44,459 bases of DNA. Origin: a virus. Its lineage: Duplodnaviria > Caudoviricetes. Every line of letters starts with the position of its first letter. Positions within the stretch are counted from its first letter, which is position 1. Positions 38,444-44,459 of the stretch are shown in pieces. The stretch covers positions 1 to 44,459 of the IMG/VR virus record IMGVR_UViG_3300022895_000014. The stretch is one strand, 5' to 3'. Both the position numbers and the translations under genes were made by a program. The notes beneath the pieces are model-generated. The model was given only the letters and a program-made list of their open reading frames with translations, was not told where the DNA came from and ran no database searches.

Positions 38444-38497
38444 TCAATTATAAAGACCCGGCCATAGCGCCGGGTTTTTTATTGCCCGGAGAAAACT

Positions 38498-39730
38498 ATG
38501 CCAGCAGGCACTATCGCTTTAACGAACGGCTCAAACGCTGTAACCGGCACAGGAACCAGCTTTACTACTGAGCTGAAACAAGGTGACTTCGTTTACGTCA
38601 CAGTGGGAAGCGCACCTTACACGCTGGTGGTTTCATCCGTCACATCAAATACCCAGTTAATTCTTTCACTTGCTTTCGATGGTCCTACGACATCAGGCCT
38701 TGCGTGGAATGCTGTTCCGGCATCAATGCAGGTGGCTATCACACAGAAAATCCTGAACGACTTCGCGCAGGTTGCGCGTGGACGCATTCTGGATTTCCAG
38801 AACTGGCAGAAGATTTACAGCGGCGATGCATCAGTTACTGTCACTCGCCCAGATCGAACAACGTTTACCGGCCCAAGCTGGGGCTATATGGCAACACAGT
38901 TCGGCAACAAGCTGGATAAAACGCAAAACCTCAACGATGTGGGTGATAAAACTACTGCCTGGAACAACATCGCACGATATGGCTCCACAGATAAAACTGC
39001 CGCTGCTGGAAATGACGCGAGGCTTGATACGGTAAATGGTAAAACAGGCGGAACTGTAAAGGGGTCATTACTCCTATCGGCAGTAGGCGCATCTCTTGAT
39101 TTTGGCTTTGGCAGTGCAGCGGCATGGACGCACAGGATTATCCCGGAGGATGCGAGGACTTTCACAGCCGCATCGACAGCTTCCTACACGGTGTTTCGCG
39201 TTGCTGGCGGGTATGCATGCAAGTCTGGATATACAGGAGCTTATGGCGGCAACGTTTTTAATATGAACTGGAACAGCAGCTCTCTAATGGAGTTGTATGT
39301 TGATGGCAGTCGTATTGGAACCATTAATACAACATCTGTATCCGATAAAGCCCTCAAAACAGAAATTGCTTATGCTGATTCTGCCGAACAAAGAAAGAAT
39401 GCACTAACCGAGGTTCTTAACTGGAGACCGGCATTTTTCAGATTCAAGCAACGCGGAATAATTCCTGAAGGTCGATCTCAGCTCGGCTTTATAGCGAACG
39501 ATCTTGTTGAATCCTCAAAAGAGTGCGTGAGCGGTAAAGGTCTTCCAGATGATTTTGACGTCGAGAAGACCCCCAATGACATCGATGACGCCTACTCTCC
39601 TGACATGATGGCCATGATAGCCAAGCTGACACTTTGCATGCAGGAATTATCCCAGCAGCTAGCGAGCAAGGATGAAGTTGTCGTTGAGTTGCAAAACAGA
39701 ATGAAAGCTATTGACGGATTGGATGCATAA
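38498..39730 (+). CDS. Side tail fibre with C-terminal intramolecular chaperone (S74)
   Basis: MPAGTIALTN...VTGTGTSF N-terminus; SDKALKTEI and GFIANDL. Confidence 0.88.
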   Translation: MPAGTIALTNGSNAVTGTGTSFTTELKQGDFVYVTVGSAPYTLVVSSVTSNTQLILSLAFDGPTTSGLAWNAVPASMQVAITQKILNDFAQVARGRILDFQNWQKIYSGDASVTVTRPDRTTFTGPSWGYMATQFGNKLDKTQNLNDVGDKTTAWNNIARYGSTDKTAAAGNDARLDTVNGKTGGTVKGSLLLSAVGASLDFGFGSAAAWTHRIIPEDARTFTAASTASYTVFRVAGGYACKSGYTGAYGGNVFNMNWNSSSLMELYVDGSRIGTINTTSVSDKALKTEIAYADSAEQRKNALTEVLNWRPAFFRFKQRGIIPEGRSQLGFIANDLVESSKECVSGKGLPDDFDVEKTPNDIDDAYSPDMMAMIAKLTLCMQELSQQLASKDEVVVELQNRMKAIDGLDA

Positions 39731-39875
39731 AAAAGCCCCGGCGACGGGGCAGCTTAAGACCGCGTCCATCTTCATGCAGGCTGCGGGTGTAACTTGAGGT
39801 TAGACCATTTGAGCCGTTTCTCATGTGATTCCCTTGCTGCAGGCGTACGTTAGAACTGCAGACCAAGGAGGCGTT

Positions 39876-40061
39876 ATGGAAAACCTACTCAACAAAGAGG
39901 CTCAACATGAAGTGGCTCGCATAATCGGCGATGCTGCGATAACCGTTCTTGCAGAGAAGCGCCCGCTATCGAGAGATGCTCTGATGCAAGTGATTCTCGG
40001 TGAATCAAACCAAGAGCCCAATATAGCCAGAGACATCGCCCTGCATCTGCTTGAACGCTGA
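39876..40061 (+). CDS. Small hypothetical protein
   Basis: AAGGAGG RBS before ATG 39876. Confidence 0.65.
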   Translation: MENLLNKEAQHEVARIIGDAAITVLAEKRPLSRDALMQVILGESNQEPNIARDIALHLLER

Positions 40062-40162
40062 CACCAGCCGGGCGGCATTGTCGCCCACCTAAATTTCCTT
40101 TCTCGCCAATCCCTTCGCAAAATCCTCCATCAATCGACTTGATCGATCCCACCGATCAATAT

Positions 40163-40182
40163 TACTGTATTTATATACAGTA
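40163..40182 (+). promoter_or_regulatory. LexA (SOS) box overlapping promoter
   Basis: TACTGTATTTATATACAGTA, near-perfect CTG-N10-CAG consensus. Confidence 0.93.
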
Positions 40183-40199
40183 TCCATCAGGGAGGGAGA

Positions 40200-40438
40200 T
40201 GACCATGCCCCGCGACTACGAAATCAAAGACGCCTTCAGGTTCGCAATCAAACGCGATGCCGCTGGCCGCTACACCGTAAGCACACTCGACTTTGTCAGT
40301 GAACTTGAGCGCCTGAACTGGCATTACACGCCACGGCAAGCAAATAACTGGATAGAGGCTCACAAGTCTGTCTTCCGGGATATCTCAACATCGGAAGGTG
40401 AAGAGCGCATGTTTCAGGTGTTCAATCCAAATGGATGA
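40200..40438 (+). CDS. Small SOS-induced protein leading the umuDC operon
   Basis: GGAGG RBS just after the LexA box; MPRDYEI... Confidence 0.75.
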
Positions 40439-40501
40439 AATCCAATCACACCTGAACAGAAGCCATTTAATTCCTGATGATCATCGATTGAGATAACAGC
40501 C

Positions 40502-40924
40502 ATGAAGTTTTACAAAACAGCGGAAATTCGCGCCATATTAGAGCTGCCATTATTTATCGAACGTGTCCCGTGTGGATTCCCGTCTCCGGCCCAGGACTAC
40601 GTCGAACAGCGCATTGATTTGAACTGCCTGCTTGTCAGCCATCCCAGCTCAACCTATTTCATCAGGGTAAGCGGCGACTCAATGATTGATGGCGGGATAA
40701 GCGACGGTGATATGTTGGTTGTAGATAGCTCAATCAACGCCGAGCATGGCGACATTATTGTCGCTGCAATATCCGGTGAGTTCACCGTAAAGCTGCTGAT
40801 GACTAAGCCTTTCCTTCACCTGAAGCCGATGAACGCGGCACACGCCATAATTCCCGTTACCGACCCGGATCAGTTTGAAATCTTCGGGGTGGTTAAGCAC
40901 TCAATAAAATCGATGAGCCGGTAA
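40502..40924 (+). CDS. umuD: DNA polymerase V subunit UmuD
   Basis: [22 protein letters not shown]. Confidence 0.95.
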   Translation: MKFYKTAEIRAILELPLFIERVPCGFPSPAQDYVEQRIDLNCLLVSHPSSTYFIRVSGDSMIDGGISDGDMLVVDSSINAEHGDIIVAAISGEFTVKLLMTKPFLHLKPMNAAHAIIPVTDPDQFEIFGVVKHSIKSMSR

Positions 40925-42186
40925 TGTTCGCCCTGGTGGATGTTAATAATTTCTATTGCGGATGTGAGACGGTATTTCGTCCCGATCTTCGTGGAAAACC
41001 GGTGTTGGTTCTGAGCAATAACGACGGCTGTGTAATTGCCCGCAATGCCGAAGTGAAGAAGCTGGAAATCCCAATGGGAGCGCCTTACTTCAAACTGAAG
41101 GACGAAATTCGCCGGCACAAGATTCACGTGTTCAGCAGCAACTATGCGCTGTACGCGGATATGAGCAACCGGGTGATGACGACGCTGGAGCAGATGGCGC
41201 CGTCAGTCGAGGTTTACTCAATTGACGAAGCATTCATGGACCTGACCGGACTCCGCAATTGCCGGGTGCTTGAAGACTTCGGTCGCGAGGTGCGCGAGAC
41301 GATTAAGCGCAACACGCATCTAACTGTTGGTGTCGGAATAGCGCAAACCAAAACGCTGGCTAAGCTCGCAAACTATGCTGCCAAAAAGTGGAAGCAGACC
41401 GGTGGCGTCGTTGACCTGTCTAATATTGATCGCCAGCGGAAGCTGATGGCGCTGGTACCGGTAGAAGAAGTATGGGGCGTCGGTAGGCGCATCAGTAAGA
41501 AGCTGAACGCAATGGGCATCATCACCGCTAAAGACCTGTCAGAGCAGAGCACCTACATCATCCGGAAGCACTTTAACGTAGTGTTGGAGCGTACGGTGCG
41601 TGAGTTGCGCGGTGAGCCATGTCTCGACCTGGAAGAATTCGCGCCGACGAAGCAGCAGATTGTTTGCTCCCGATCGTTCGGTTCACGCATCACCGAATAC
41701 ATGGACATGCGGCAGGCCGTTTGCTCCTACGCAGAACGCGCTGCTGAGAAGCTGAGGCGTGAGCGCCAGTATTGCCGACAGGTAGCCGTGTTCGTCCGCA
41801 CCAGTCCACACGCTGAAGGTGAGGTGTTTTATGGCAATCAGGCAATGGGCAGGCTGCTAACGCCGTCCAACGACACACGCGACATCATCCGGGTTGCCAT
41901 GCAGGGACTCGACCACATATGGCGCGACGGGTGTCGGTATATGAAAGCAGGCGTGATGCTGGGCGACTTTTACAGCCAGGGCGTCTCGCAGCTCAATCTC
42001 TTTGACGAATTCAAACCACAGGCCAACAGCGAATCGTTGATGCGTGTCGTTGACGGTCTCAACCAGAGCGGGAAGGGGAAATTATGGTTTGCAGGACAGG
42101 GTATCCAGAAATCCTGGGAGATGAAGCGCGAAATGTTGTCGCCGGCATACACCACCAGACTGTCGGACCTGCCAGTGGCGAAGTGA
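40924..42186 (+). CDS. umuC: DNA polymerase V catalytic subunit UmuC
   Basis: [35 protein letters not shown]. Confidence 0.96.
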   Translation: MFALVDVNNFYCGCETVFRPDLRGKPVLVLSNNDGCVIARNAEVKKLEIPMGAPYFKLKDEIRRHKIHVFSSNYALYADMSNRVMTTLEQMAPSVEVYSIDEAFMDLTGLRNCRVLEDFGREVRETIKRNTHLTVGVGIAQTKTLAKLANYAAKKWKQTGGVVDLSNIDRQRKLMALVPVEEVWGVGRRISKKLNAMGIITAKDLSEQSTYIIRKHFNVVLERTVRELRGEPCLDLEEFAPTKQQIVCSRSFGSRITEYMDMRQAVCSYAERAAEKLRRERQYCRQVAVFVRTSPHAEGEVFYGNQAMGRLLTPSNDTRDIIRVAMQGLDHIWRDGCRYMKAGVMLGDFYSQGVSQLNLFDEFKPQANSESLMRVVDGLNQSGKGKLWFAGQGIQKSWEMKREMLSPAYTTRLSDLPVAK

Positions 42187-42482
42187 CGTTTATCCTTCAA
42201 CCGCTGCAGCATCTGATCCCGACTAGCAAGAGCTGCTACTTGGTGGAATGGAAAGGACGCTGCTGTGTCATCGATGAGAAGAGACGTCCGCAGAACGGCG
42301 ATACGGTTCTTCTGGATATGTCGGGCATGTACGAGTGGGCGATGATCATGATTCGGCCGCGCCGACTGATTACCGACGATGGCGCATTCCTGATGGATGA
42401 CCTGCTGGAAGATATTGCAGTAGTGGGAGTGGTGACGCATGAAATCACGACCATATATGGCGAGGATGATTTGCCAATCTAA
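42183..42482 (+). CDS. Degenerate S24/UmuD-fold-like small protein
   Basis: GTGA overlap with umuC stop; VID...PQNGDTVL and VVGVVTH, no GDSM. Confidence 0.6.
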   Translation: MTFILQPLQHLIPTSKSCYLVEWKGRCCVIDEKRRPQNGDTVLLDMSGMYEWAMIMIRPRRLITDDGAFLMDDLLEDIAVVGVVTHEITTIYGEDDLPI

Positions 42483-42971
42483 GAAAAAAGCCCGGAAGTG
42501 GTGGCTAACCGGGCTTGCACTATCCTGTGCCAAAAATTTCCAATGGAGTTGAGTCGTCAATACAGGGAAGTAAAAGCGACTTATTGAAAATAGACTGGCT
42601 CTTAAAAATAGCTAGCGAAGCGGTAAATTTATTCTGCAAAACTAAAATCATATCTATGATTTATAAAGATTAATCTTAGAGCCAAAAGCTACCATTTACG
42701 ATTATTAGAACAGAAAAATATTGAATTTAATCATATGCCTATGTGCTTTTTTGCAAGGTAATGCTGCGTCATCTGATAGGGGTTCAAACACGACTCAGTC
42801 TCTCCGATATGATTCCTTACTGATAGTTGACTTGTTTGAGGATGTAGTGGATACAGATGAGGTTACTTCGATTCATGAATAGGATGGTTTGCTAAAATTA
42901 TGACAAAATTTCATAGCCCAGAATAAGTATTGTCTGGGCTAAAATTTCATATTATCGCGAGTTTTGATAGT

Positions 42972-44180
42972 TTATTGAATCTCATTTTTTACATAATCAA
43001 ACTTCATTAAGTTTCCTATCAATTTCTCAACATGAGAAAATTCTGTAAGGTTGTAGTTGTCAACCAAGAAATCATCAAAATTATCGATAGTACCGTTATT
43101 GGGGAATAATTCAGCCCTTGGTGTATAGGAGTTTTCTCCAAAGTTGGAGTTTAAAGTTCTGAATACTTGCCAAGATATTGGGTTAGTCAGCTTAAAGCTT
43201 TTAGATAATGTTGGGCAATATGCCAAGTTATCATTGATCATTTCTTCATGTTTTGGCGGAAGGATTAAATTAATACCAATATTTTGATTATTACCATTGA
43301 TGAACTTCGTAGTTCTGTATGCAATTCCAGAAAGGTTTTTTGCCTTGGAGCTACTAACCCATTCCATTAATAAATTTGGGATGATATATTCAATGTTAAA
43401 GCTTTCATTATGTTTTTTTCTATAATTGCATGCCAATACTAAGGGCCATAAGATGAGGTTTACTATTTTTGATTTGGCTTTTTCGAATAAATTTTGAGTA
43501 TCATTTTCAAGCCTATCAAACATTGTGAAACTCAATGTGGAAGTCAGATTAAATGCAAGATCAATTATTTTTAAATCTGACGATGACTCAGTGCCACTAA
43601 AGGCTGATATGTATAATTTGTCAAAATCAGGTTTACCCATCTCGTGCCAGCAAACTAATATCGATGAACCTAAATAGAGACATGGCAATCCAGAGATTGA
43701 ATATCTCTGAGTATTCACTTTATGCCTCAATTTGAATGGTATGTGAAACAATTCCTCTCTAGAACTTAAAGGGATATGACTTGTTCTTACTCGATAAAAT
43801 TTCTGAAATGAATTACAAATCCTGTTAAGTGGTATTGCCGTTTCAGATAAATAATCGATAATTTTAGTTTTGCTCAAGGCTTGATCAAATCTTTTGTAGG
43901 ACTCATTTAGATTTCCGCTTAAATGATATTTTAATGAGTCAATAATTCCTAGCTTCAAAGCCTCAATGCTTCTCAGTCTGTTTGGCACTTCTGCCATTAT
44001 TGAAAGATTTTCATCCTTAGATAATTCTTTCATTAAAGAATAAAACGTATCAACTCTTAACGTAAAGTCTTCAATTAAGTTATCAGAATGTTCAAATGGA
44101 GGATTCAAACTAGGAATGCTTTTTATTTTTTTAGCGATGTAATGAAGTTGTTCAATAGGACCCATAACAATTCCTGACAT
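42972..44180 (-). CDS. RES-domain-like protein, AT-rich moron
   Basis: FYRVR, QRYSISGLPCLYL, CWHE, EYIIPNLL, GIAYRT. Confidence 0.8.
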   Translation of the reverse strand: MSGIVMGPIEQLHYIAKKIKSIPSLNPPFEHSDNLIEDFTLRVDTFYSLMKELSKDENLSIMAEVPNRLRSIEALKLGIIDSLKYHLSGNLNESYKRFDQALSKTKIIDYLSETAIPLNRICNSFQKFYRVRTSHIPLSSREELFHIPFKLRHKVNTQRYSISGLPCLYLGSSILVCWHEMGKPDFDKLYISAFSGTESSSDLKIIDLAFNLTSTLSFTMFDRLENDTQNLFEKAKSKIVNLILWPLVLACNYRKKHNESFNIEYIIPNLLMEWVSSSKAKNLSGIAYRTTKFINGNNQNIGINLILPPKHEEMINDNLAYCPTLSKSFKLTNPISWQVFRTLNSNFGENSYTPRAELFPNNGTIDNFDDFLVDNYNLTEFSHVEKLIGNLMKFDYVKNEIQ

Positions 44181-44332
44181 GAATTTTCCATTTCTTGAAG
44201 TGCATCATATGGATTCAACTTCATAATATGCACTATGTATTGAGTTCAAACATATGATAACAAAGGACAAGATTTAGCAACAAAATTATGAAATTTCAAT
44301 TTAAGTTATTGAAATTAAATAATTTAAATACT

Positions 44333-44393
44333 GATTTAAAATCCCTCGGCTTATGGCTGTGCGGGTTCAAGTCCCGCCCCGGGCACCATATTT
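44333..44393 (+). repeat. att core, right copy (3' part of tRNA-Leu), preceded by IHF-like site near 44302-44314
   Basis: Identical to 67..127. Confidence 0.96.
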
Positions 44394-44459
44394 GCAGTCG
44401 ATAAAACGAATAAAATAAAGCAATAAGCAGTAATGTCGTAACCGCCTAAGGGCGGTTTT

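Larger units (their letters stand above)
67..44393. mobile_element. Complete lambdoid (siphovirus-type) prophage
   Basis: 61-bp terminal direct repeats, integrase at left end, full set of immunity, replication, lysis, head and tail genes with no obvious disruption. Confidence 0.96.

Noticed and set aside
18070-39165. Many minus-strand ORFs of 60-190 aa across head and tail genes
   Set aside because: Antisense shadows of well-supported plus-strand genes, without recognisable motifs.
33787-39730. Diversity-generating retroelement or invertible tail-fibre cassette
   Set aside because: No reverse transcriptase, invertase or template/variable repeat pair seen.
42560-42900. AT-rich gap as a possible extra gene or displaced att arm
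   Set aside because: No ORF of note; only weak similarity to the 215-238 repeats, too little to support a call.
44333-44388. Second tRNA-Leu gene
   Set aside because: Lacks the 5' acceptor strand and D-arm; it is the att duplicate.

Overview
The window holds one apparently complete lambdoid temperate prophage of about 44.3 kb, inserted in the 3' half of a tRNA-Leu(TAA) gene that follows tRNA-Cys. It is bounded by a perfect 61-bp direct repeat (67..127 and 44333..44393). The host is an enterobacterium by inference. Modules in order: integrase/xis, short left early operon with an inverted SRAP gene, cI/cro/cII, replication initiator with internal iterons, ParB-like, DNA methylase, RusA, Q, pinholin/SAR-endolysin/Rz/Rz1, two glycosyltransferase genes coupled to HNH and terminase, fused protease-capsid, portal, lambda-like tail, Cor, tail fibre, a LexA-controlled umuDC cassette and an AT-rich RES-domain moron. 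The most notable signal is a probable virion-glycosylation system: three glycosyltransferase-type domains sit at the late/cos end, and both the major capsid and tail-tube proteins end in Gly-Ser, as described for glycosylated mycobacteriophages. Other leads are two candidate structured ncRNAs (14.8-15.2 kb, and a motif duplicated at 4.3 and 38.4 kb) and two AT-rich morons with ADP-ribosyltransferase-like motifs that may be defence genes. All family calls come from motif recognition and synteny; no database searches were run.
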